Positions 38,438-48,868 of a stretch of DNA of 64,000 nt are shown piece by piece. The translations under genes and the position numbers were made by a program. Source of the DNA: a bacterium (GTDB taxonomy: Bacteria; SAR324; NAC60-12); assembly GCA_965233585.1 (NCBI GenBank), contig CBDDTI010000745.1:192001-256000 (forward strand), written 5' to 3'. Numbering within the stretch: the stretch's first letter is position 1; the number at the start of each line of letters is the position of its first letter. The notes under the pieces were generated by a model that had not been told where the DNA came from, did not search any database, and was given only the letters and a program-made list of their open reading frames with translations.

Positions 38438-38958
38438 GAGATTGCGGGTCAGGTCCCGCAATGACGGTTTTTAAAGTAAGCCATGACGAAAAGGCAAGCC
38501 ATCAGGTCACAACGTAGGGACAAACCCAAGTGTTTGTCCTGTGTTTTAAGAAGGATGAGATGGCGGACAAGGTGAGCAAATTCCTCTGTCATTCCGTGCT
38601 TGACACGGAATCTCAAAAAATAAGATGAGATTGCGGGTCAGGTCCCGCAATGACGGAAACACAAGCACGCAATGACGGGGGAACACTCTCTCAAACTCTT
38701 CTTTGACTATAAAAGACTTGAAAAATATCACACCAACACCAAGTGAACACTTCCCTGACAAGAGGGGTGTCCCAAAGGGACGGGGTGTTTCAATTTCCCT
38801 CTCTTTTTTTCTGTCACTTGAGTGCTTGATGCGGAATTTCAAAAAGCGAGTCGTTTCTAAAAAAAGTGAACGAAGAAAACAAGAGAGATTGCGGGTCAAG
38901 GTGAGCAATGACGGAGAAATGAGAAAAAGGTGAGATTGCGGGTCAAGTCAGCAATGAC
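38438..38958. repeat. dense cluster of palindromic repeats of three types
   Basis: GTC-tagged units at 38438-38465, 38588-38654, 38813-38912, 38932-38958; GTAG-tagged hairpin at 38514-38540; GGGGTGTCCC-AAA-GGGACGGGGTG unit at 38751-38788. Confidence 0.85.
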
Positions 38959-39160
38959 GAAAAGGCAAGCCAGCAGATGACAAAGACACCCCTCCAGAGG
39001 AAGGGAATTGAAACGTGAAGAAATGAGAAAAGAAAAAGACGTGAAAACTTCAAAAAAATATCTCATTCAAAAATATCTAATAAAAATGATTTTGAGGACA
39101 AAAGAGTTTGTTTGAAAAGTAGGGTGCTTGTGTTAAACTGACTGGCTTTTGGAGTGTTTG

Positions 39161-40108
39161 ATGAAACGGAATCTAAAAGTGGCAGTGGTAGGTGTGGGGT
39201 ATCTTGGGAATTTTCATGCACAGAAGTATCAGCTTTTGCCAGATTGCGAGCTGGTGGCAGTGGTGGATTCTTGCCCAACAAGAGCCAAGCAAATCAGCGA
39301 AGCACTGCAAGTGCCGTGTGTTGCTGATTATTCATCGCTGTCGGGAAATGTTGATGCCGTCAGTGTTGCCTCTCCGACCAGCACCCATTTTGAAATTGCC
39401 AAAACATTGCTGGGACATGGCATTCATCTCTTTGTTGAAAAACCCCTTGCCTCTACGTTGGCAGAATCTGAAGAACTGGCTGATTTAAGTACCAAAAAAG
39501 GTTTGATTTTGCAGGTTGGACACATAGAGCGGTTTAACCTTGCCTTGATGAGTGCTTGGGAAGCAATCCAGAATCCCAGATTTATTGAAGGAACTCGCGT
39601 GGCTCAATTTTCTCCAAGAGGGACTGATGTTGATGTCATCTTTGATTTGATGATTCACGATTTGGATTTGGCGATTGCACTGATGGGAAGGCTACCAGAT
39701 GCTGTGGAGGCAGTGGGGGCTGACGTCTTGACCCCAAACATTGACATTTGCAATGCACGATTAAAATTTGCCAATGATTGCACCATCAATCTCACTGCCA
39801 GTCGTTTTGCTCAAAAAACCGAACGCAAGTGGAGACTCTTCAAAACGGGTACTTGCATCAACCTAGACCTTGCTGAAGGGCAAGCCACACAGTTTCAAGT
39901 CAAGAATCAAGAAATTGCAACAACCAACCTCACTTGCCAGAAGACCGAATCACAAAAATTGACCAAAAAACATGATGCGCTGCTGGAAGAGATTATTGAG
40001 TTTGTGCATTCTGTCCAAAATCAGACTGCCCCCCAAGTAGGTCCAACAGAAGCAGTGCAAGCGATTACTCTGGCAGTTGAAATCAAAAAACAACTTCAGC
40101 AAAGTTAA
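39161..40108 (+). CDS. Gfo/Idh/MocA oxidoreductase (GnnA-like)
   Basis: VGVGYLG.FHAQKY, VEKP, QVGHIERFN, RGTDVDVIFDLMIHDLD. Confidence 0.85.
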   Translation: MKRNLKVAVVGVGYLGNFHAQKYQLLPDCELVAVVDSCPTRAKQISEALQVPCVADYSSLSGNVDAVSVASPTSTHFEIAKTLLGHGIHLFVEKPLASTLAESEELADLSTKKGLILQVGHIERFNLALMSAWEAIQNPRFIEGTRVAQFSPRGTDVDVIFDLMIHDLDLAIALMGRLPDAVEAVGADVLTPNIDICNARLKFANDCTINLTASRFAQKTERKWRLFKTGTCINLDLAEGQATQFQVKNQEIATTNLTCQKTESQKLTKKHDALLEEIIEFVHSVQNQTAPQVGPTEAVQAITLAVEIKKQLQQS

Positions 40109-40127
40109 AACGAATTTTTAAAGCAAA

Positions 40128-41198
40128 ATGAGTCTTTTTGCACGTTCAACGATTTTCAGGGTTTTGCCTGCCTATTTGATGAGTATTTTTATCTTCATCT
40201 TTATTCTATCCTTAGGGTCTGTCCAAAGATTGATTACGTTGGTGACAGAACGTGGACTGCATCTGACTGATGTCATCTTGTTGCTGGTGTATCGTCTTCC
40301 TGAGTTTTTTTCTTCAACACTTCCTTTGAGCGTCATCACTGCCAGCTTGCTGACAATGCTTTCTCTTTCTACTGATTCTGAATTTGTTGCCATGCGTGCG
40401 GCAGGCATGAGCCTTTGGAAGATTGCGGCACCTTTCATTGGGGTTGCCATCTTCTGGACGCTTTTTTCTGCAATGGTAACGCTTTGGCTTCAACCTTTGG
40501 GATTTAAGGCATTTGAAGAGACAAAGTTCCGCTTGCTTCGTTCTTATGCCTCCAAAAGCCTGAAACCCGGTCAACTGAATTATGATTTTAGTGATAAAGT
40601 GATTTATGTGAATGAGAAGGAAGATGAAAGCAACCTGCAAGGAATTTTTATTGCGGACCAACGTCAGGTGAAGAATGCGATGTCTGTTTTTGCAAAGAAA
40701 GGAGAGCTTGCAGTGTCAGAAGAAAGCACACCTTCTGGGCAAATTGTGCTTCGTATGTCGCAAGGAGAATTGCACTTGAAACAAGGCAATCCTGAAAACT
40801 ATTGGAGAATCAAATTTGAGACGTTCAATTACATTTTTGATGCCTTGTCATTTTCAGAGGTGTCTGTTCCCAAACCCCACATTTGGAGTGTCCCCACTGC
40901 TAGTCTTTTGGGTTTGAACACAGCCAAAGCCTTGAATGAATTGATGTTGCGAATCACTACACCGCTTGCCTGTTTAAGCCTTGCCCTTGCCGCAACTCCT
41001 TTGGGGGTTGTCAGCTCAAGAAGTGGCAGGGTGGGTTCTTATTTGAGGGGGTTGATTTTGCTGGTGGGATATTACATTTTGTGGATTGGTGCTAAGGAAC
41101 TGGCATTTTACGTAGAGCTTCATTCTTCTGTGTTGCTCATGCCCCCTATGATGATTGCTTCACTGGGGTTGTTTCTCATTCATCGCATGAATCAATAA
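40128..41198 (+). CDS. lptF: LPS export permease, LptF/LptG family
   Basis: LP......LP, LS.DSE.VAMRAAG.S, periplasmic domain, R...PLAC....PLG....RSGR. Confidence 0.8.
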   Translation: MSLFARSTIFRVLPAYLMSIFIFIFILSLGSVQRLITLVTERGLHLTDVILLLVYRLPEFFSSTLPLSVITASLLTMLSLSTDSEFVAMRAAGMSLWKIAAPFIGVAIFWTLFSAMVTLWLQPLGFKAFEETKFRLLRSYASKSLKPGQLNYDFSDKVIYVNEKEDESNLQGIFIADQRQVKNAMSVFAKKGELAVSEESTPSGQIVLRMSQGELHLKQGNPENYWRIKFETFNYIFDALSFSEVSVPKPHIWSVPTASLLGLNTAKALNELMLRITTPLACLSLALAATPLGVVSSRSGRVGSYLRGLILLVGYYILWIGAKELAFYVELHSSVLLMPPMMIASLGLFLIHRMNQ

Positions 41199-41334
41199 AT
41201 GTTTTGCATGAATCAATCAGTGTTTTTCAAGGTTGTGTTATAGTATTTGTTTTTTTCAATCAAGCATGCCATGTCCCCAAAAGTCATGGCTCAACTTTTT
41301 CAATTCAGTTTTTTAAGATTCAAACTTTTTCAAA

Positions 41335-41988
41335 ATGAAACACAAGATTTTCTTTTTCCTTTTGTTGATGGGATTGGCTTCTGTGGCAACTGCACAAGGT
41401 GAAGTCAAAGGCATTTTGCATCAACTTCAAGAGACGTATTCACAAGTTCAGGGTTTTCAAGGTCAATTCAAACAAGAGCATTACACCAAGAAGGGGGAAG
41501 CGCCACGTCATGCAACAGGTGTGATTTCATACAAACACCCTGACCAAATGCGTTGGGAATATGACCCGCCCAATGCTCAGACATTAGTCATCAATTCTGA
41601 AACCATGTGGCTTTATGACCCTTTGTTGGAAAACGTCACCATTCGTGATGTTAAAAAATCTGAAGGAGGAAATGCCTTGTTAGAGTTGATGGATTTTGGA
41701 AACTTGACACAAAACTTTACACAACGACTTTTGACGAGAAAGATTCTTAAAGACACTGAAAATAGAGTCATTGAACTGATTCCCAAACACACCCGCATTG
41801 GCGATTTAAAGTTTGCACAAATTGAAGTCTCAGAAGACCGTCATGTCAGCCGTTTGGTGCTTTTTAATCAGAGAGGAAGCTATCAAATTTTTGAGCTGAT
41901 ACATATTGATTATGCTCCTTCTTTTGATGAGAATTTTTTTGAGTTTCAAGTCTCTGAGAACATGGAGGTCATTTATCTCAATGAATGA
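41335..41988 (+). CDS. lolA: outer-membrane lipoprotein carrier LolA
   Basis: signal peptide, F.Q, G......P..MRWEY..P..Q.LV.....W.YDP.LE.VT. Confidence 0.88.
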   Translation: MKHKIFFFLLLMGLASVATAQGEVKGILHQLQETYSQVQGFQGQFKQEHYTKKGEAPRHATGVISYKHPDQMRWEYDPPNAQTLVINSETMWLYDPLLENVTIRDVKKSEGGNALLELMDFGNLTQNFTQRLLTRKILKDTENRVIELIPKHTRIGDLKFAQIEVSEDRHVSRLVLFNQRGSYQIFELIHIDYAPSFDENFFEFQVSENMEVIYLNE

Positions 41989-42010
41989 CGATGAGCAACT
42001 ATGAGCGACT

Positions 42011-44188
42011 ATGAGTGAATATCTGCTAACTTTACCTCATTTGGAGATCATTACCATTTCTACTGCGCTTTTGTGCGGGGTGGTGTTGATGGTGGTTGCA
42101 CATTACATGAATCTGCCTGCCATTGCCCCGCTCTTGGTAGGAGGGTTGTTGCTGGGACCAGAAGGCATCGGTGTTGTCAATCCCAGTGTTTTGGGTGAGG
42201 GTGTGCAAATTTTGATTCCCCTTGCCGTGGCAATTATCTTGTTTGAAGGTGGTCTAAACTTGAACCCTGACGGGTTTAAAAGTGCCTCTACCATGATCAA
42301 AAGATTGCTGACTTTGGGCGTTCTAATCACATGGCTAGGTTCTTCACTTGCGGCATATTGGTTGTTTGACATGACACCTTTGATGGCATTGTTGTCAGGC
42401 AGTGTGATTATTGTCACAGGACCGACTGTCATCAATCCCTTGCTTCAAAGGATTGGAGTGAGAGAAAGGCTTCATCAGATTTTGTATTGGGAGGGAGTGC
42501 TGATTGACCCGATTGGTGTGTTCATTGCCATTTTTTGCTTTGAGCTTTTGACGTTGGGACACATGGCAAGTGGCTGGACGTTGTTTGGGAAGTTTACCTT
42601 ACGTCTGATGCTAGGCTTGGCACTGGGGAGCTTTGGTGGCTGGGTGGTGTTTCATATCATCAAAAAAAAGTGGATTCCTCAAAAGTATGTTAATATTCTG
42701 GTTTTAGCGATTGTTCTGTTTCTGTTTAGTCTCTCTGATACCATTTTAACAGAATCTGGGCTTTTGACAGTGGTCGTGATGGGCTTGATTTTGGGGTGGC
42801 TTAAAGTCCCTGCACTGGAAGACATTCGGGCATTTAAATCAGAATTAACCGAGATGAGCATTGCGCTTTTGTTCATACTCTTGGTCACCAATTTAAACCT
42901 AGACAATTTTTACAAGATGGGAATCAATGGGATAGTCATCACGGCGATTGTGATTTTTGTCATTCGTCCTTTGGGGGTGTTGATGTGTTCATTTGGCACA
43001 AAGATTCTCTGGCGGGAGAGGATTTTCTTAAGTTGGATTGCTCCGCGTGGAGTCGTTGCAGGGTCTATGGCGTCCTTGTTTGCCATTAAACTACAAGGTC
43101 AAGAGGGTGCATGGTTTTTGGAGTCTTTTGCTTTTACCATCATCACCGTTACGATTTTATTTCAAGGACTTTCTGCTTCTTGGCTCACCAAATGGCTGCA
43201 CGTCAAATTCCCCCCAAGAACGGGCTGGTTGATTGTTGGAGCGAATTTGTTAGGTCGGCAGATTGCAGAAAAGATCATGCAACACAATCGTTCGTTTTGT
43301 GTACTGCTTGACCTCAATTCTGATTTAGTGGACAAATCGCACCAAGAGGGTTTTGTTGCGATTTGTGGTGATGCCCTGAACCTTCAGGTTGTTCCCCAAG
43401 AATTGACAGAGTCCATTGGCAATGTTCTGGCTTTGACTGATAACAGACACTTGAATCAACTGATTTGTGAAAAATGGCAGACTCACCCGCACAAGATGAA
43501 CGCATGGCGTTGGTCTTCTCACGAAAACACCATTCACTCCAAATCAAGCGGTCAAGTTTGGAATCGTTTGCAAAGCCCTGCTGACATCTCCTTTTTATTA
43601 AAGACCCAAAAATCGCATTTAGCGATGTACTCACCTCCTGATTCTCTCCTCCAGTGGAGCGATGACATTCCTCTCATCTATTTTGGTTCGGGTCAAGTAG
43701 AGTGCTGCACAGACACACAAGAAAAACGTCATGGAAAGTCTTTGGTTTACCAACCGACACACAAGTTTTTATCCCGCTATTTGCAACAAGACCATATCTT
43801 GCACATTTGTCCTGACACCTTGCTTGGGGGTTTTAACGAATTATTAAACCTTGCACAAAAAGCAGAGATTGAATTTGATTTGCCTCAAACCTTGCTTGCC
43901 ATTGATAACAAATCGTTGGTGATGGCAGAAGGTCAAGGATTGATGGCATGTACAATTCCTACTAAGCTGGAGCTTCCTAAGTGTTTGGTGGCAATTTGTT
44001 CTGTTGGTGAAAATCAAGAGACGCTACCGTTTTCAGTCCTTTTCTTGTGGTTTGAATCCCAAGAACCCCAAGACCAGTTGCAGGCAAAACAATTTTTTCA
44101 ATCTCTGTTGAAACAACCTGAATCCATCAATGCTCTTGCTGATTCCAAATCGTTGCAAGAGGCTCTTTCAAAACTTATTAAAATGTAA
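42011..44188 (+). CDS. CPA1 (NhaP-like) cation:proton antiporter with C-terminal RCK-like and extra domains
   Basis: IILFEGGL, TGPTVI.PL, WEGVLIDPIG, WIAPRGVVA; LIVGAN..GR Rossmann-like segment. Confidence 0.85.
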   Translation: MSEYLLTLPHLEIITISTALLCGVVLMVVAHYMNLPAIAPLLVGGLLLGPEGIGVVNPSVLGEGVQILIPLAVAIILFEGGLNLNPDGFKSASTMIKRLLTLGVLITWLGSSLAAYWLFDMTPLMALLSGSVIIVTGPTVINPLLQRIGVRERLHQILYWEGVLIDPIGVFIAIFCFELLTLGHMASGWTLFGKFTLRLMLGLALGSFGGWVVFHIIKKKWIPQKYVNILVLAIVLFLFSLSDTILTESGLLTVVVMGLILGWLKVPALEDIRAFKSELTEMSIALLFILLVTNLNLDNFYKMGINGIVITAIVIFVIRPLGVLMCSFGTKILWRERIFLSWIAPRGVVAGSMASLFAIKLQGQEGAWFLESFAFTIITVTILFQGLSASWLTKWLHVKFPPRTGWLIVGANLLGRQIAEKIMQHNRSFCVLLDLNSDLVDKSHQEGFVAICGDALNLQVVPQELTESIGNVLALTDNRHLNQLICEKWQTHPHKMNAWRWSSHENTIHSKSSGQVWNRLQSPADISFLLKTQKSHLAMYSPPDSLLQWSDDIPLIYFGSGQVECCTDTQEKRHGKSLVYQPTHKFLSRYLQQDHILHICPDTLLGGFNELLNLAQKAEIEFDLPQTLLAIDNKSLVMAEGQGLMACTIPTKLELPKCLVAICSVGENQETLPFSVLFLWFESQEPQDQLQAKQFFQSLLKQPESINALADSKSLQEALSKLIKM

Positions 44189-44192
44189 TGCT

Positions 44193-45035
44193 ATGATTCT
44201 TTTGACCCCATTATTGACGATTGAAACTTTCCGACCTGAGATTTTTTCACTCACCATTCCCTTTCTTAACTTCACACTGGAACCACGTTTTTATGGACTC
44301 GCTTATGCAATCTCGCTGATGATTGGCTACAAGATTGTCCTTTCAGAGTTTAGGCGTCAGAAAATAGATTACAACGAAGACCAGACAATGAATCTGGTGA
44401 TGATTGTTTTCGCAGGTGGTTTGTTGGGAGGGCGTGCGTATGAAGTGATTTTTGAATGGTCAAACCACTATGCGTTCCGTCCTTGGTATGATGCGTTTGC
44501 TGTTTGGAATGGGGGGCTTGCCATTCATGGTGGGATTCTTGGAGGGATTTTGTCAGGTTTTTTTGTGGCTAAGAAGTATCAAATCCCCTTTTTAAAACTA
44601 GCTGATATTGGTGCATTGTGCATGATTCAAGGGCAAGCCATTGGACGGTGGGGGAATTTTACGAATGGTGAGGCGGCTGGTCCTGTAACAGATTTCTGGG
44701 CGGGCGTCGTCTTTCCCAAAGGTTCTGTTACCTATCTTTACGCACAGGGTCAACCTGTCCATCCGACGATGGTTTATGAATCGCTAGGCAACATCGTCAT
44801 CTTTTGCTTTCTTTGGAAGATGCGAACCTTCGGCTTTAAACACGGCATGCTTTTAGCTTGCTATCTCATCTTATATTCAGTCTGGAGAATGTTCTTGACT
44901 CCATTGAGAATGGATAATCAATTTTTTACGATTGGCGGACTTCAGGTGCTAGCGGCTTACGCCACAGGGGGTGCCTTAGTCTTGTTGGCATTGTCCATGA
45001 TTTTTTCTCAAAAACTCTATCAAAAGAGTCATTGA
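44193..45035 (+). CDS. lgt: prolipoprotein diacylglyceryl transferase
   Basis: RFYGL.Y, GGR, W.GGLAIHGG, QAIGRWGNF.N.E, HPT..YES. Confidence 0.95.
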   Translation: MILLTPLLTIETFRPEIFSLTIPFLNFTLEPRFYGLAYAISLMIGYKIVLSEFRRQKIDYNEDQTMNLVMIVFAGGLLGGRAYEVIFEWSNHYAFRPWYDAFAVWNGGLAIHGGILGGILSGFFVAKKYQIPFLKLADIGALCMIQGQAIGRWGNFTNGEAAGPVTDFWAGVVFPKGSVTYLYAQGQPVHPTMVYESLGNIVIFCFLWKMRTFGFKHGMLLACYLILYSVWRMFLTPLRMDNQFFTIGGLQVLAAYATGGALVLLALSMIFSQKLYQKSH

Positions 45036-45218
45036 CATTGGAAATCATGCACCTTTTGACTAAAAAATCACTAAAAAGTTTTAAATAAGTGCTTGCATTC
45101 CTTTAAGTACGTGAAAGATAATGGTCAACTTTACTGAATTTTTTGCTTTTGACGTTTTTGAGCATTTTTTAACCTTATTTAACCCTTTATTTTAAAACCT
45201 TTGGTTTAGGAGAAACTC

Positions 45219-46799
45219 ATGTTGAGAAAAAACATTTTTGGTAGATTCGTTGGAGTCTTTGCTTTAGTCTTTGCAGTAGCTAGCTGTTCAGACGAGCAAG
45301 TTGAACAAGCTCTAAGCTGGACTTGTGAAGTGAAAGCAGAACAAACTTTGACACTTGGAGAAAGCTATCAGGCTTCCCTAGATTGTTCTTACTCTGGAGA
45401 ATTGCCAGAACAGGCAAAACTTGAAGTTCAGCATGACAAAGACTTTTTAAGTCTGGAAGTTCAGGAAGAGCAAGTGAATTTTGAAAGTCTTGATGGGAAA
45501 TTGCTGATAGACGTTCCAGATGAAAAGACATTTCAAGTCGCCTTGAGTCTTGAGGCTCATCAGGTAGGTCAGTCCAAATTACTTGTTAAATTCAAAGGGT
45601 TTGAATCTGAAGCCCTTTTTAAAGTTGTTGACTCTCTTCCAAAACAAAAACCTAACGCAGCACCTCAAGCCGTGAACAGTCCGATTGTAGAAATTCATGC
45701 AGGTCCAACTTTTAGTGTCATTAGAAGAGATGATGGAAGCCTTTGGGCATGGGGACAAAAAGGTGAGAATCTTGGAATTGGAGTGAAATACAAAAGGTCT
45801 GACGATGTCCTATCAACCCCTACCAAAGTCAAGACATCACAGACCTTTAGCCAGCTCACTGTTGGTCAATATTTTGTGCAAGCACTCAAAGCAGATGGAA
45901 GCCGTTGGTTTTGGGGACAAGGAATTGCTGGCAGTTTTGGCTTAGGTGACGGAAATTATCAAGAACCTGACGTCCCTACATTAGCCGACAGCGGGCAGTC
46001 ATGGAAGAAACTAGATGCTAGTTTTTGGCTTGCTTCTGGTCTTAAGGACGATGGGACTTTGTGGGTTTGGGGAGATGCAGATTTTGGGGTAGGGAATGGG
46101 AATTACGGCAGAGTCAAAACTCCTGCAAAGGTGCTTTCTGATTCATGGAAAGATGCCTCTGTTGGTTATAAGAGCATCCTTGCTGTCAAACAAGATGGCA
46201 GTTTGTGGGGTTGGGGACAATCCAGAAATATGAACTTGACTCCCATATCAGGCAAGCTTGGCATCGCTACAACTTATTACAGTGCTTACTATGTCGTGGG
46301 GGAAGGTCTTAAAAAAACAAGCTTTCCAACTCAAATTGGGTCAGATAAGAATTGGGCAACTGTTCAAACTGGTGACAGTCACGTCTTAGCCTTGAAACAA
46401 GATGGAAGCCTCTGGTCATGGGGAGCAAATCATAGAGGGCAGTTGGGCATTGCTGGCACTGATGCTGTTGTCAAACCCACTCAAGTTGGTTCAGATAAGG
46501 ATTGGAAAGCCATTAGCACATACGACATTCATAATCTTGCCTTAAAAACAGACGGAAGCCTCTGGGCATGGGGATTCAACGGTAATGGACAACTTGGCGT
46601 CGGTTCTACTTCTGACAAAAACACTCCTGTTCGTGTAGGTTCTGGGAAAGATTGGGTGTCTATTTCTGCTGGTTCTGGGCATAGTTTGGCTTTGAAAACA
46701 GACGGAAGCCTTTGGGCTTGGGGTTGGAATGTCTACGGTCAGATAGGTGATGGAACAACAACCAAAAGGAAGACACCTGTTAAAATTTTGGACAAATAA
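45219..46799 (+). CDS. lipoprotein with an RCC1/BLIP-II beta-propeller
   Basis: lipobox VASC; repeats H.LALK.DGSLWAWG.N..GQLG.G....P..VG. Confidence 0.9.
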   Translation: MLRKNIFGRFVGVFALVFAVASCSDEQVEQALSWTCEVKAEQTLTLGESYQASLDCSYSGELPEQAKLEVQHDKDFLSLEVQEEQVNFESLDGKLLIDVPDEKTFQVALSLEAHQVGQSKLLVKFKGFESEALFKVVDSLPKQKPNAAPQAVNSPIVEIHAGPTFSVIRRDDGSLWAWGQKGENLGIGVKYKRSDDVLSTPTKVKTSQTFSQLTVGQYFVQALKADGSRWFWGQGIAGSFGLGDGNYQEPDVPTLADSGQSWKKLDASFWLASGLKDDGTLWVWGDADFGVGNGNYGRVKTPAKVLSDSWKDASVGYKSILAVKQDGSLWGWGQSRNMNLTPISGKLGIATTYYSAYYVVGEGLKKTSFPTQIGSDKNWATVQTGDSHVLALKQDGSLWSWGANHRGQLGIAGTDAVVKPTQVGSDKDWKAISTYDIHNLALKTDGSLWAWGFNGNGQLGVGSTSDKNTPVRVGSGKDWVSISAGSGHSLALKTDGSLWAWGWNVYGQIGDGTTTKRKTPVKILDK

Positions 46800-46883
46800 A
46801 AACTTGAATTAACAGCTTGAATAGATGGCAAGACTGAAAATCAAAATTCTTTTCAATTTCAAAAGGCTACTTCTTCCAATGCA

Positions 46884-47690
46884 ATGATTGTCATCATTGG
46901 CAAAGACAGCGACACGGTTGCTGAACGTGCTGTCAGCTACATTGTGAAACTCATCAAAAGTAATCCTTCTGCTGTGCTTGGGCTAGCGACAGGTAACACA
47001 CCTATCAAACTCTACGAGAGGCTAGTCCAAATTTCCAAACAACAATCCCTTTCTTTCAAAGGAATTACAACATTTAATTTAGATGAATACATTGGAATAG
47101 AGCCAGAGCATCAGCAAAGTTATCGCTATTTCATGGAACATCACCTTTTTCAGCATGTTGACATTCCCAAACATCAAACGCATCTACCTGACTGTACAGG
47201 TGGAGCTAACCCTTTTGAAAGGGCTAAAATGTATGATGAACAGATTGTTAAAGCAGGGGGGATTGACCTGCAAATTCTGGGAATCGGCTCTAATGGTCAT
47301 ATCGGCTTCAATGAACCGACCTCAAGTTTAAGCTCCCGCACGAGGATCAAAACTCTGACACGTCAAACGATTCAAGACAATTCAAGGTTTTTTCAAAAGG
47401 GGGAGTTTCAACCTTCTCAAGCCTTGACTATGGGAATTGGGACGATTATGGAGTCCCGTCAAATTCTCATTTTGGCACTTGGTCAAAACAAAGCGGCTGC
47501 AGTGAAGTCTGCTATTGAAGGTCCTGTCAGTTCTATGTGTCCAGCCTCTGCACTTCAATATCACCGTAATATCATTTTTCTAGTTGATGAAGATGCCTCA
47601 GCGCATTTGGAGCTAGCTGATTATTACAAACATGTTGACGAACTTGCCCAACAAGTGGAAACGAAGTTTTATCGTGATGTTCATATATGA
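46884..47690 (+). CDS. nagB: glucosamine-6-phosphate deaminase
   Basis: VLGLATG.TP, TFNLDEY, GIG.NGHIGFNEP, TMGIGTI. Confidence 0.95.
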   Translation: MIVIIGKDSDTVAERAVSYIVKLIKSNPSAVLGLATGNTPIKLYERLVQISKQQSLSFKGITTFNLDEYIGIEPEHQQSYRYFMEHHLFQHVDIPKHQTHLPDCTGGANPFERAKMYDEQIVKAGGIDLQILGIGSNGHIGFNEPTSSLSSRTRIKTLTRQTIQDNSRFFQKGEFQPSQALTMGIGTIMESRQILILALGQNKAAAVKSAIEGPVSSMCPASALQYHRNIIFLVDEDASAHLELADYYKHVDELAQQVETKFYRDVHI

Positions 47691-48847
47691 CAAAAAATCG
47701 TTACCTCATCAGTGCTGACCGCATTTTTACAGGAACTGAGTGGCTTCAAAATCATTATCTGTTGATTGAAGACCACTTGATTCAAGCCATTGGTCATCTT
47801 TCACAAGCTCCTGAGGGTCTTCCGCATCATTCGTTTGCAGATTGTTTCATTTCAGCAGGTTGGATTGATGTGCAAGTCAACGGTGGTGGTGGGTTACTTT
47901 TTAACAATGCAACTTGCGTTGAAACGTTGCGAACAATGGTTGAAGCTCATCGTCTGTATGGAACGTGTGCCATTTTACCAACTTTGATTACTGACACATG
48001 GTCAAAGATGCTGCAAGCCGTCTGTGCAGTGCAAGATGCTATCAATTCTGGAGTGTCTGGCATTTTGGGAATCCATTTGGAAGGTCCTTTTTTAAACCCA
48101 GATTTTCGGGGGATTCATTTACAAAAGTATATGCAAGTTCCAACAGATTCGTTGCTAGCAGAATTACCAATGATTCAAGGCGGTTGTTCTATGATGACGA
48201 TTGCACCTGAAGTCTTTACTTGTGAACAAATTGAACAACTGGCAAGCAAAGGTTGGAAGTTGTTTTGTGGACACAGTGGAGCAACTTATGAAGAACTTGA
48301 AGCACGTTTTGCATCAGGTGTGATAGGATTGACTCACTTTTTTAATGCAATGCGTCCCATGTCTTCAAGGGAGCCTGGTGTTTATGGTTTTGGTTTGGAG
48401 TCACAGCAGACATGGTGTTCTATCATTGCTGATGGACTACATGTGGCTGATGCCAATTTAAGGCTGCTGGCTCGCTGTAAGCCTCATCAAATTTTGCTTG
48501 TCACAGATGCAATGGCTTTAGTTGGGTCTTCTGACACAAGTTTTGATTTACAAGGTCGGACGATTCTTTTAAGAGATGGCAAATGTCTGAATGATGATGG
48601 CGTCTTTTCAGGGGCAAATGTTGGAATGAATGAATGTGTCAAGAAGATGATGCAAGCAACAGGTCTGCCTCTTGAAGAAGTCTTGCGTATGGCATCTTTT
48701 TATCCTGCCAAAATGCTAGGGATTGATGACTCATACGGTCAAGTTGACCTTTGCCTTCCTGCAAATCTTGTGGTCTGTGACGAAAGTCTAAATGTTCATG
48801 CCACTGTCGTTCAGGGGCAAATCCATACTTCTAACCACTCTCTTTAA
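47687..48847 (+). CDS. nagA: N-acetylglucosamine-6-phosphate deacetylase
   Basis: IDVQVNG, PTLIT, HLEGPF, GHS.A, TH.FNAM, IADG.H, VTDAM. Confidence 0.93.
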   Translation: MTKNRYLISADRIFTGTEWLQNHYLLIEDHLIQAIGHLSQAPEGLPHHSFADCFISAGWIDVQVNGGGGLLFNNATCVETLRTMVEAHRLYGTCAILPTLITDTWSKMLQAVCAVQDAINSGVSGILGIHLEGPFLNPDFRGIHLQKYMQVPTDSLLAELPMIQGGCSMMTIAPEVFTCEQIEQLASKGWKLFCGHSGATYEELEARFASGVIGLTHFFNAMRPMSSREPGVYGFGLESQQTWCSIIADGLHVADANLRLLARCKPHQILLVTDAMALVGSSDTSFDLQGRTILLRDGKCLNDDGVFSGANVGMNECVKKMMQATGLPLEEVLRMASFYPAKMLGIDDSYGQVDLCLPANLVVCDESLNVHATVVQGQIHTSNHSL

Positions 48848-48868
48848 CCCTTCACCATTAAAAAAAAT

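Noticed and set aside
29521..38958. Repeat-spacer pattern read as a CRISPR array
   Set aside because: Units are inverted doublets with irregular, partly shared spacers, and no cas genes are present
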